Program-made: the position numbers and the translations under genes
The notes under the pieces: model-generated
The model's database searches: none
Seen by the model: the letters and a program-made list of their open reading frames with translations, nothing else
What the model was told of the DNA's origin: nothing
Shown here: positions 54,661 to 63,751 of the stretch, piece by piece
How the letters are laid out: the number at the start of each line of letters is the position of its first letter
How positions within the stretch are numbered: the first letter of the stretch is position 1
From: Gammaproteobacteria bacterium
Lineage (GTDB): Bacteria; Pseudomonadota; Gammaproteobacteria; Eutrophobiales; Eutrophobiaceae
Assembly (NCBI GenBank): GCA_965116495.1
Contig: OZ220696.1
Location: 3,392,001-3,456,000, forward strand
Direction of reading: 5' to 3'
Length of the DNA stretch: 64,000 nucleotides

Positions 54661-56712
54661 ATGAGCGGTTGGGCTGAGCGCCTGCTATGCGCAGACCACG
54701 TCGCAGTCATCGGTGCATCCGCTACCGAGGGGAAACTCGGTTATCTTTTCATGCAAAATCTTGTCCATGCCTATCCGGGAAACATCTATCCCATCAACCC
54801 GAAACAGGACCGGATACTCGGGCTTCAGACATACCCGTCCGTTAAAGAAACCCCGGTCCCGGTGGACCTGGCGATTCTGACCACGCCTCCCGGCGCTGCG
54901 CCGCAGATAATCGAAGAATGTGTTGCAGCAGGGGTTGCAACAGCCGTGATTATCAGCGGCGGTTTTGCAGAGATCGGTAACAAGGGAATTGAGCTGGAAC
55001 AGGCGGTTGCAGAAATCGCAAAAAAAGGACGGTTACGCCTGTTGGGCCCCAACTGCTTCGGCGTAATTAACACACACCTGGGGTTGAATGCTTCTCTGGG
55101 GCTGGGTCTGCCCGAGAAAGGCGGGGTGTCGTTGATTACCCAGAGCGGCGCGTACGGCATGGCCGCGTTTACCCGTTCAAAACTGGGAGAAATCGGGTTC
55201 GCCAAGGTGATCGCACCGGGCAACAAAATAGATATTAACGAAATCGAACTGCTTTCCTACCTGCGCGATGACCCTGACACGCGGGTCATTGCCATGCTGA
55301 TAGAATCCATAACTGACGGGCGCGCATTATTCGAAGAGATAAACCTGACCACGGAAACCAAGCCGGTAGTTATATTAAAGACCGGCAGGACCGGCTCGGG
55401 GCAACGCGCCGCCGCCAGCCACACCGCGGCGCTTGCCGGTGATTACGCGGTAACGGCGGCGGCACTGCGCCAGGCCGGCGCGCACTTGGTAACCGACGGC
55501 CAGACCCTGCTGGATACCGCGGCGGCGCTGGACAAGCAACCGTTCCACGAGGGAAAACGCGTGGCAATCATCACCAACTCGGGTGGGACAGGAGTCGAGT
55601 TGACCGATTTGCTAACCGATTACGGTCTTGAAGTGCCTGCCTTATCAGGGGGATTACAGGAGGAAATAAGCGCTTTTTTACCTGATCAGGGCAGCGCGGT
55701 AAACCCGGTCGACGTCACTACCCAATGGCACCGCTTTACCGAGATGTACGGTTCGGCAATCCGGTTGTTAACGGAATCTGATGAAGTTGATATTATTTTG
55801 CCCGTCCTGCTGCAACGTTCGGCAATAATGCCCGAAGTCACCGAGCGTGTCATACGGGAATACCAGTCGGCAAAAGCCGGGAACAAGGCTAAACCCGTGC
55901 ATGTCTGCTGGGTCGCCGGACCCGAGGCGGACAATAACAAAAAGAAACTGCAGGACAGCGGAATCCCGGTCCACCCCTGGCCGCTGCGCACGGCCAAAAC
56001 CATCGCCGCCTGTATCGGCTCCAGGCCCGGGAATGTCGGGGCCAGTCCGGACAAGCGTCCCCGCCCTGACCGGGTTTGCGCTAATGAATGGGTACCGATG
56101 GACCTTGCATTGACTCTTATTCAGGAAGAGGGGATTAATACAGCCCGCTGGTATTATGTAAACGGAGCAGCCGAACTGCATTCTGTCAGCAAAAGCGCGG
56201 CTTACCCCCTGGTGATTAAAGCCATACGCCCGGATTTGATACATAAATCCGATGCCGGGGCGGTCAAGGTCGGAATTTCTTCAGCGCAAGAGTTGATGTC
56301 AACAGCCGCTGAAATGGAATCCCTGTTCGGCAGCGGGCCTTTCCTGGTGCAGCAGCAGGTAACGGCCGGCGTGGAGTTGTTGCTGGGAGCAACCCGGGAT
56401 GACAATTTCGGGCTGGTTATAACGTTCGGCATCGGCGGTACAATGGTGGAAGTGCTTAAAGACGTAGCATTGCGTCTTGCGCCGGTCAGCGTGGAAATGG
56501 CGCATGAGATGCTGGATGAAATAAAGGGCCGGCAACTGCTGGATGGCTACCGGGGTAACGCGCCGGTTAACCGGGATGCACTTGCCCGGGTGATCGCTGG
56601 TTTTTCCCGGTGGATAGATGAATCGGCCTGGATTGAGCAGGTTGACATGAACCCGGTCATCGCCCACGGGGATGAGTTGACCGTGGTCGATGTGAGAATA
56701 CTTGCCGGATGA
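54661..56712 (+). CDS. ADP-forming acyl-CoA synthetase (acetate-CoA ligase family, fused alpha/beta)
   Basis: VIGAS, ISGGFAE, GPNCFG, SHTAALAG, NSGG, NPVD, HKSDAGAV ATP-grasp. Confidence 0.9.
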   Translation: MSGWAERLLCADHVAVIGASATEGKLGYLFMQNLVHAYPGNIYPINPKQDRILGLQTYPSVKETPVPVDLAILTTPPGAAPQIIEECVAAGVATAVIISGGFAEIGNKGIELEQAVAEIAKKGRLRLLGPNCFGVINTHLGLNASLGLGLPEKGGVSLITQSGAYGMAAFTRSKLGEIGFAKVIAPGNKIDINEIELLSYLRDDPDTRVIAMLIESITDGRALFEEINLTTETKPVVILKTGRTGSGQRAAASHTAALAGDYAVTAAALRQAGAHLVTDGQTLLDTAAALDKQPFHEGKRVAIITNSGGTGVELTDLLTDYGLEVPALSGGLQEEISAFLPDQGSAVNPVDVTTQWHRFTEMYGSAIRLLTESDEVDIILPVLLQRSAIMPEVTERVIREYQSAKAGNKAKPVHVCWVAGPEADNNKKKLQDSGIPVHPWPLRTAKTIAACIGSRPGNVGASPDKRPRPDRVCANEWVPMDLALTLIQEEGINTARWYYVNGAAELHSVSKSAAYPLVIKAIRPDLIHKSDAGAVKVGISSAQELMSTAAEMESLFGSGPFLVQQQVTAGVELLLGATRDDNFGLVITFGIGGTMVEVLKDVALRLAPVSVEMAHEMLDEIKGRQLLDGYRGNAPVNRDALARVIAGFSRWIDESAWIEQVDMNPVIAHGDELTVVDVRILAG

Positions 56713-56719
56713 TGAGAGA

Positions 56720-58084
56720 ATGATGGCAGAACGACTGGTAATAGTAGGGGGAGTCGCCGCAGGCGCCAAGGCGGCTGCCAAAGCCCGGAGAATGAGGCCG
56801 GACCTGGATATTGTCGTGTACCAGGATGAAACGGAAGTCTCCTATTCGGCATGCGGTCAACCCTATGTATTGAGCGGCGTCATTGAAAACAGGGATAAAA
56901 TCATCATTCGCCGTCCGCAGGAGTTTGCCGGCGATAATATCCGTGTCCTTACCCGGCACCAGGTCGAAGCCATCGACGTAGCAACCCGGCAGGTACGGGT
57001 CAACGACCTGTCCGGAAACGGCGTGCAGACAACTGCTTATGACAAGCTCATCCTGGCAACCGGCGCCAGGCCGGTAATTCCGGCCGTTGACGGAATTGAA
57101 CTGGAAGGCGTGTTGACGCTTCGATCCATATCCGACCTGGACAGGTTCAAGTCGGCCATAAGTATCCTGAAACCGAAAAAAGCCGCGATCATCGGGGCGG
57201 GATATATCGGTCTGGAACTGGCCGAGACCTTCCATGCGCTGAATATAACAACGGCCATCATCGAAAAGTTTGGCCGGATCCTGCCGAAATTCGACGGGGA
57301 AATGGCGCAGCAGGTCAGCGCTCACCTGGTGGAAAATGGTGTTGAACTCGTAACGGGAGATGGGTTGGCAGGGATTGGCGGGCATAATGGCAGGGTGGCT
57401 TCGGTCACCACGGAATCGGGATTGAGCAGGGACGTCGACCTGGTGGTGATTGCCATCGGGGTCAGGCCCAATACGGACCTGGCGCGGGACGGCGGAATTG
57501 CAACCGGTGAAACGGGGGCCATCGCAGTCGACAAAAAAATGCAGACCCGGGTTCCGGGTGTGTATGCCGCGGGCGATTGCTGTGAGACTATTGACCGGGT
57601 CACCGGAAAAACCACCTGGTTGCCGTTGGGTGATATTGCCAACCTGCAGGGCAGGGTTGCCGGCGAGAATGCCGCGGGGGGTAATGCCAGTTTCCCCGGC
57701 GTGCTGGGTACCGCCATATTCAAGACTTTTGATCTCAATGTTGCCTGCACCGGGTTGTCCGAGACCTCAGCCCGGCAAGCGGGCTATGAGGCCGTGTCCA
57801 TCAATGTGAACCGGTCCGACCGTGCGCGCTATTATCCGGGCGGCAGCAGTCTGGCGATAAAACTGGTTGCCGACAAACAGGGCGGCCGGTTGCTGGGCGC
57901 CCAGGTTATCGGACCGGGCAAGGCCGACAAGATGATAGACATTGCCGCGACTGCTCTTCTCGGCAGGTTGACCTGCGGGGACCTGGAGAACGCGGACCTG
58001 GCCTACGCACCGCCGTTCAGCCCGGTGTTATCTCCGATGATAACGGCGGCAGGCGCCCTCAACAGCAAAGTCGGTAACAGGTGA
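56720..58084 (+). CDS. CoA-disulfide reductase / NADH oxidase family flavoprotein
   Basis: GGVAAGAKAAAKARR, single-Cys SYSACG, GAGYIGLE, AAGDC, LAYAPPFS. Confidence 0.9.
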   Translation: MMAERLVIVGGVAAGAKAAAKARRMRPDLDIVVYQDETEVSYSACGQPYVLSGVIENRDKIIIRRPQEFAGDNIRVLTRHQVEAIDVATRQVRVNDLSGNGVQTTAYDKLILATGARPVIPAVDGIELEGVLTLRSISDLDRFKSAISILKPKKAAIIGAGYIGLELAETFHALNITTAIIEKFGRILPKFDGEMAQQVSAHLVENGVELVTGDGLAGIGGHNGRVASVTTESGLSRDVDLVVIAIGVRPNTDLARDGGIATGETGAIAVDKKMQTRVPGVYAAGDCCETIDRVTGKTTWLPLGDIANLQGRVAGENAAGGNASFPGVLGTAIFKTFDLNVACTGLSETSARQAGYEAVSINVNRSDRARYYPGGSSLAIKLVADKQGGRLLGAQVIGPGKADKMIDIAATALLGRLTCGDLENADLAYAPPFSPVLSPMITAAGALNSKVGNR

Positions 58085-59145
58085 AACTGAACTTCATCAG
58101 CCTGGTTTTTGCCGCGGTTTTTTTCTACGTTTCCCCGGTCAACGTCGCGGCTGCGGACAAACCTGTTACCGTCCCGGTTCTCGTCGCACCGTTTAACGCC
58201 GGTCCGCTTGCCGGTGACACGATATTAATGAACCGGATGATCCAGGGACGGCATGCCGTTGTCCTCCTGCCCCAGGAGACCCCCGGGTATATCTACAACA
58301 TCCGCGCGATGAAGAACCCGGAAAACTGGGGTACGACGCTGTTCAATACCGAAGATACGATTATCCAGTTGGCGTTCCATGGCGGGTCGGATGAACTGAA
58401 GGAGTTTTTGCCGGAAAAAATCGCTATCAGGTTCAAGTTGCTCTACTGCGAAGCCTGGTGGGGTGGGGGGAAGGTTTTCATTACCTACGAGGAAACTGTC
58501 AGCAGCCTGTCCCAACTGCAGGGCAAACAGGTTTCAATCGGCCTGAGAAGTCAAAGTGACAGGGGCGTATATCCAAGGTTATTTCTTGAACACGGTTACC
58601 GGGTGACGCCCGAAAATACGGATATCCGCCACCTGACACCGGTCGCCCTGTCACAACAACTGATCGATGGCGTCACGGATGTGGCCGCAGGCAGTTTCGG
58701 CACCGAACCCGGCCGCAACCACTGGTTGATCCAGCAGGTGGTACGCAAGATAGAGGCCGCCGGAAAAAAAATGTACTACCTGGGAATCGAAAAAGAGGTC
58801 GTGGAAAAACTGAACATGAAGTTCGGTACCACCTGGATGCCGATAGAGTTGCCGGCAGGGACCCTGCCGCACCAGGATGGACCGTTGCCTTCGGCCATAA
58901 ACCGGGGATACAAAGCGTCCCACCCTGATTTCCCTGAAGAGCTTGCCTACCATATAATCATGACCATCGCCCGGTTGGGGCCGGAAATGAAAAAATACCA
59001 TGCGATCTGGAAGTTGTGGTCTCCGCAACTGATGCTGAGCGGATTAACGGAGGAAAACGTTCATCCGGGGGCCAGACGCGCATACCGGGAACTGGGTTGG
59101 TGGGAAGACCGTAACCGTGAATTTCCGGTTACCTACCCGCGCTAG
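58081..59145 (+). CDS. TAXI-type TRAP solute-binding protein (divergent)
   Basis: Signal peptide, ETPG..NI, L.QLQGK.VSIG, HPGARRAYRELG; precedes a fused permease. Confidence 0.75.
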   Translation: MKLNFISLVFAAVFFYVSPVNVAAADKPVTVPVLVAPFNAGPLAGDTILMNRMIQGRHAVVLLPQETPGYIYNIRAMKNPENWGTTLFNTEDTIIQLAFHGGSDELKEFLPEKIAIRFKLLYCEAWWGGGKVFITYEETVSSLSQLQGKQVSIGLRSQSDRGVYPRLFLEHGYRVTPENTDIRHLTPVALSQQLIDGVTDVAAGSFGTEPGRNHWLIQQVVRKIEAAGKKMYYLGIEKEVVEKLNMKFGTTWMPIELPAGTLPHQDGPLPSAINRGYKASHPDFPEELAYHIIMTIARLGPEMKKYHAIWKLWSPQLMLSGLTEENVHPGARRAYRELGWWEDRNREFPVTYPR

Positions 59146-59163
59146 AAACTTGTTAAGTTACCC

Positions 59164-59190
59164 GTCATTCCCGCGCACGCGGGAATCCAG
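59164..59190 (+). repeat. REP-like palindrome
   Basis: gtcattcccgcgcacgcgggaatccag, one mismatch from the copy inside lhr. Confidence 0.85.
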
Positions 59191-59211
59191 TCACACATTT
59201 ACCTTATCCTC

Positions 59212-61035
59212 ATGTCCATCGATTGGCATAAAACCCGCGCCGTCATCCAATTCCTGTTTGTAACAACCGGCGTGCTGCTGTCCGCATCCATCGCGGTTGC
59301 ACTATTCGGTTATGTTCGCAGTTCTCCCGCCCATTACTCAAGCTTCGTGCTCGGCATCGTCATCATGTCAGGTCTGCTCGGCCTGCGAAACCTGCTGGAT
59401 GAGCACCTGCAGGACAACAGGGGCAGGTACTTTCACGTCAAAAGTGTCGTTGCCGTTGCCGGTTTTATCCTGGCTGCAACAGGCGCCGTCTACATCCGTT
59501 ACAACGTATCAAGGCTGGAGCTGATCCAGCCGTTTTTTGAGAACATCGACGTGGTTTACGGTTTGATTTTTACGGCCGGGATCCTGTTGCTCACCATGCT
59601 GCACTGGGGGCTCTTGCTTACCTCTATTATCGCAATGGCAATCGTCTATTTTTTTTACGGCCACCATATCGATAACGTCCTGTTTACCCATCCGCACTAC
59701 CAGACCGGCTTTGTTATGAACTATATCGGGCTGGGAACCACACAGGGCTTTTTCCTGTTGACGCAACTGGCCGCCGACAGTATTTATTTCCTGCTCATCT
59801 ATGCCAGTGTGCTGATCAGTATCGGCGCATTGCAGATGGCGCTGGAACTGGGCAAGGTATCAGGTAAAAAGGTGGCAGGTGGCGCCGCTTATCCGGCGAT
59901 CCTGGGCAGCGGGATCGTCGCCTCGGTGATGGGGCAGGCCGTATCCAACGTGGTGCTTACCGGCCGGTTTACCATACCCATGATGAAAAAAAACGGTTAT
60001 TCCGCGTCAATGGCCGGAGCTATAGAAGCGGTAGCCTCTACCGCGGGCCAGCTCATGCCGCCAATTCTGGGCTTGGCGGGTTTTTTGATCGCCGCGTTGC
60101 TCAACATTCCCTATATAAAGGTTGCAGGCGCCGCACTGTTACCGGCGTTGCTGTTTTTAACCGGCATATTCATCAGCGTGTCGCTATACGCAAGACGGCA
60201 ACAGATCCCGAAGCTGACTGATAATTTTGATGCCGGAAGCGTTATCAGGATTGCGCCTACTTTTGTTGTTTCGTTTGCCGTTGTCCTGATCATGTTGCTG
60301 ATGCACTACTCCCCATCCATCGCAGGGATGTGCGGGATCGCCGCTGCGTTGGCTCTGTCCATGTTCCAGGGCAGGTACAGGCCGACAGCAAAAAAGATTT
60401 TCGGCGCGCTGGAGGAAGGGTTCGTGCTCGTTACGCTGTTGTCGTTGCTGATTATCGCCATCGGTCCCCTTGGACAGACCATGATCACAACGAATTTATC
60501 CGGACGTCTCGGTTCAGTCCTGGTCAATATCCTGCCGGATGCCCCGTTACTTCTGCTGGTCGGGGCCATGGTCATCACGCTCATACTGGGCATGGGCCTG
60601 CCTACCCCCGTCGCTTACGTCGTGACGGCCCTTGCAGTGGTGCCGTTTCTGCAGCAACTGGGGTTCCCTGCGTTTCAGTCGCACTTCTTCGTGTTTTATT
60701 TTGCCGTGTTCTCAACGCTGACGCTGCCCATTGCCGTTGGGGTGCTGGCTGCGGCCAAACTGGCCGGCTCCAGGTTCATCCCCACCGCCGTCAATGCGTT
60801 AAAATTGACTTTTCCGGTTTTTCTTATTCCCTTCGCGGTGATCTACAACCCGGAACTCTCCATGATTGACGACTGGACCTGGCGCACGCCTGTGTTGTTC
60901 GCAGCCCTGGTTGTTATCCAGGCATGCATTGCAGCCGCTATATTCGGTCCGGCCTCCGGACATTCCAGGCCGGCTCAGCGGGCATTCCTCCTGCTTGTTT
61001 CCTTAGCGGGCTTTTATTTCTTGTTTTTGAGCTGA
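59212..61035 (+). CDS. TRAP transporter fused 4TM/12TM permease (TAXI type)
   Basis: TGRFTIPMMKK.GY..AGAIEAVASTAGQLMPP, LGMGLPT..AY, HFFVFYFA. Confidence 0.9.
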   Translation: MSIDWHKTRAVIQFLFVTTGVLLSASIAVALFGYVRSSPAHYSSFVLGIVIMSGLLGLRNLLDEHLQDNRGRYFHVKSVVAVAGFILAATGAVYIRYNVSRLELIQPFFENIDVVYGLIFTAGILLLTMLHWGLLLTSIIAMAIVYFFYGHHIDNVLFTHPHYQTGFVMNYIGLGTTQGFFLLTQLAADSIYFLLIYASVLISIGALQMALELGKVSGKKVAGGAAYPAILGSGIVASVMGQAVSNVVLTGRFTIPMMKKNGYSASMAGAIEAVASTAGQLMPPILGLAGFLIAALLNIPYIKVAGAALLPALLFLTGIFISVSLYARRQQIPKLTDNFDAGSVIRIAPTFVVSFAVVLIMLLMHYSPSIAGMCGIAAALALSMFQGRYRPTAKKIFGALEEGFVLVTLLSLLIIAIGPLGQTMITTNLSGRLGSVLVNILPDAPLLLLVGAMVITLILGMGLPTPVAYVVTALAVVPFLQQLGFPAFQSHFFVFYFAVFSTLTLPIAVGVLAAAKLAGSRFIPTAVNALKLTFPVFLIPFAVIYNPELSMIDDWTWRTPVLFAALVVIQACIAAAIFGPASGHSRPAQRAFLLLVSLAGFYFLFLS

Positions 61036-61063
61036 CGCTCGATGACGGTGGAGGTTATTACAT

Positions 61064-61306
61064 CTATGACCGGTGAAGGGCATCATCCGGCTTGGCGCAG
61101 CACGGGTCACTCTGCTGTATCGGCGGGCATTTAACCGTGCCGTAGGAACAGAATACACAACAGTCGCCCGGTTTTGGCTTCAACAACGTATCGCAGTTTT
61201 CGCACTGGTAAAACCACTGGCAGGCATCAGCCGGCATTATTTCCGTTTTTTTGTGGTTACAGCCAGGGCATGTAATCTCTGATTCCAGCGTGACGAACCG
61301 GTCTAT
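61064..61306 (-). CDS. GDCCVxC-domain Cys-rich small protein (not in ORF track; ATA at start position)
   Basis: Translates IDRFVTLESEITCPGCNHKKTEIMPADACQWFYQCENCDTLLKPKPGDCCVFCSYGTVKCPPIQ... Confidence 0.8.
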   Translation of the reverse strand: MDRFVTLESEITCPGCNHKKTEIMPADACQWFYQCENCDTLLKPKPGDCCVFCSYGTVKCPPIQQSDPCCAKPDDALHRS

Positions 61307-62064
61307 TACTGTTTCCGTGATAAATACTTTACCGGAACGGCAAAGGATATGACACCGATAGCTATTCCAAGGAGCCAGTTCAGAATGCCGTTATCCCCGC
61401 CATACCGGTTGGGGTTTCTTGCCGCGGTGAGCCCGGGAATGGCGGGTATGTCGCCACTGCCGTTGCCCACCACGAGCTGGGCCTTCATGCCTTTTTCCAT
61501 GTGGGCAGCCATGTCACAGTGGACCAGGTAGGTCTTGTCATCGCTGGGAACGATGAACGTTCCTGTCTTGCTGAAGCCGCCGTTGGTCTCAAGGTGGAAC
61601 ATGCTCTGCGGGTACAGGTAACTGGGCAGACCGTGTACCATCCATTGGTGCCTGACATCATCCTCGTTGGTATATGTCACGGTGATGCGTGAACAGGGTT
61701 TGACGCGCCACTGGTGTTGATTGAAGCCGAATGTCCTGTCCGGATAAGGCGCTGCATACTTCTTGCCGGCCGACACGCTGATTTCCACGTCCTCAGAAAT
61801 CGCGCGGCAATCGCGCGGCAGTTCATCCCTGTTTTCATTCATCACCATGCCTTCCATGTCCAGTTTCATGTTGCCGCAGGCGCCTTCGCCGCAGCGTCCT
61901 TCACCGCACATGCCTTCGCTATCCATGTCCATCCGGCTGTTTTTTTCAACCTCCTCAAGCTGGAAGGGGTTTTGTTCCGCACTAACGCCGGGCTGGGACC
62001 ACGGGTTGACCAGGATGGAGGCCGTAACCAGGGCCAGGGGATTTAATGCCTGTTTAATCTTCAT
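61306..62064 (-). CDS. Exported cupredoxin-like protein with N-terminal EGxCG repeats and C-terminal membrane anchor
   Basis: NPFQL..EGMCGEGRCGEGACG; HQWM and HCDMAAHMEKGM type-1 copper motif. Confidence 0.8.
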   Translation of the reverse strand: MKIKQALNPLALVTASILVNPWSQPGVSAEQNPFQLEEVEKNSRMDMDSEGMCGEGRCGEGACGNMKLDMEGMVMNENRDELPRDCRAISEDVEISVSAGKKYAAPYPDRTFGFNQHQWRVKPCSRITVTYTNEDDVRHQWMVHGLPSYLYPQSMFHLETNGGFSKTGTFIVPSDDKTYLVHCDMAAHMEKGMKAQLVVGNGSGDIPAIPGLTAARNPNRYGGDNGILNWLLGIAIGVISFAVPVKYLSRKQ

Positions 62065-63751
62065 TCTTTCTCACCGTCCGGATGAGCAGGATTGTCACGG
62101 CAAGAAACAGCCCCGCCGTGATTGCAAACAGGATCATCCTGCCCGGCAGCGCCGTTTGTTCCTCAAGGTCGGAAAACCGTCCCCCGGGGTCCATATCACC
62201 CCAGACGGGTACCTGGCGCCGGTAGTATTCCTGGTTGAAAAACAGGGACAGGTCCCCCGCCGTTTCAGGAATCCCGTCCTCTCCCAGGAACTTCTCATAG
62301 ACAATCATGCTGATATCCCCGCCGGGGTTCATGCCGTCGGTAGTCACTGCCTGCTCACGATGGTCGTGGATGAACCAGACCCCCTCCCCGTAACTGTGCA
62401 GGCCGTCATTAACTGTATTCAATTCGAGGTCCAGGCGCTGGGCCGCGCTCAGCCATACGACGTCCCGCGTCACCCGGGCAACCGGGTTCTGTTCGACGCC
62501 GTCGTAATGGGTAATGGTGACCTTGTGGCCGTGGGTGTGCAGTGATACGCCCTCAGCCCCGGCATTGAGGACGCGCAGTTTTATTTTTTCATCCGGTTTG
62601 ACCAGTACCAGGGATTCACGCATGGTGTAGGGGAAAGAACGCCCGTTAAGCAGGAAGTATTCGGGAACGCGCCCGGTGGTGTTGTATTCGCGGTTGGTTG
62701 CTTTAGCGATGAACCGGGGGTCGCTGCTCTGTTGTATGAGTTCATGTAATTCCTTATCCGCTTCGCTGTACTGCAGGTCGTATTCCCTTGCATAGTTTTC
62801 CCTGACGGCGGCAGACGGGTAACGGACGTGACCGGCGCCCACGTTGAATGTCTGCACCCGGTTGTCCGGACGGTTCTCTTCGACGACGAACATGCCCTGC
62901 AGTCCCATCAACACGTGTACCTGTGGTTGCACATGACAATGGTAGAACATGGTGCCGGTCTGCCGCGGCGTCATGTCATAAGTCCGGCTCTCACCGGGCA
63001 TGATCATCATCTCACTAATCCTGGGAACACCGTCGTTGCCTTCTCCCTGCGCATCCTGGTAGGGGTGGTCCACGCCATGAAAGTGAATGGTATGCGGCAT
63101 ATAGTGGGTATTTTCCAGGGTGACCCTCAGTCGATCGCCCTGTTCGATCCGGATCACCGGAGACGGCAGGCGCAGCATCTCGTTAGCCTCGATGCTTTCG
63201 AAGTTGACCGTAGCCATCCCCCGCTGTTTGGGGGTGAACACCCAGAATCCGGGCTGGATACCCGGGGCGACGGAGTAGGCAGGAATAAACTCTTTCATAT
63301 CAGGAGAATGACCGTTCAATTCGGTTACTTCCAGGCGGATATGGATATCGTCGGGGTCACCGTCGTTGTCGATATCGTTTTCCTTGACAACAGCATCCGG
63401 GGCAAGCTGTGTACGCATCAGGACAGGCATTGACACATTATTCGTTCCCTTGACAAAAGCGGCGATTTCGGCGGGATTATCCGGCTGGCACAGTCCTGAT
63501 TCCTGGATCCTGAGCCCGTCAACCAGTTGTTCTGTGCGCCAGTTCCGGTTAACCGGCGGGCACGTCTCTTCGGGTTCAAGTAATAAGTCTGCCTGGCTCG
63601 CAGGCGCCGGGATATAGCCGCGCCCACCGAATATATCGAAATAATCCTGCTGCAGACCCGACGGTATCCAGTTGACCGGAACCAGGTAAACCAGGCAAAC
63701 AAGTAAAACAAGATTGATTATCGACAGTGTAATAACACGCTTATGCCGCAT
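62054..63751 (-). CDS. Two-domain multicopper oxidase, membrane anchored
   Basis: HTIHFHG and YHCHVQPQVHVLMGL in domain 1; LHTHGH and WFIHDH in domain 2; hydrophobic N- and C-termini. Confidence 0.88.
   Translation of the reverse strand: MRHKRVITLSIINLVLLVCLVYLVPVNWIPSGLQQDYFDIFGGRGYIPAPASQADLLLEPEETCPPVNRNWRTEQLVDGLRIQESGLCQPDNPAEIAAFVKGTNNVSMPVLMRTQLAPDAVVKENDIDNDGDPDDIHIRLEVTELNGHSPDMKEFIPAYSVAPGIQPGFWVFTPKQRGMATVNFESIEANEMLRLPSPVIRIEQGDRLRVTLENTHYMPHTIHFHGVDHPYQDAQGEGNDGVPRISEMMIMPGESRTYDMTPRQTGTMFYHCHVQPQVHVLMGLQGMFVVEENRPDNRVQTFNVGAGHVRYPSAAVRENYAREYDLQYSEADKELHELIQQSSDPRFIAKATNREYNTTGRVPEYFLLNGRSFPYTMRESLVLVKPDEKIKLRVLNAGAEGVSLHTHGHKVTITHYDGVEQNPVARVTRDVVWLSAAQRLDLELNTVNDGLHSYGEGVWFIHDHREQAVTTDGMNPGGDISMIVYEKFLGEDGIPETAGDLSLFFNQEYYRRQVPVWGDMDPGGRFSDLEEQTALPGRMILFAITAGLFLAVTILLIRTVRKNED

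Noticed and set aside
61073-61282. 69-aa plus-strand ORF
   Set aside because: Antisense shadow of the GDCCVxC gene.
61064-61306. Selenoprotein version of the GDCCVxC protein
   Set aside because: No in-frame TGA; all positions are Cys codons.
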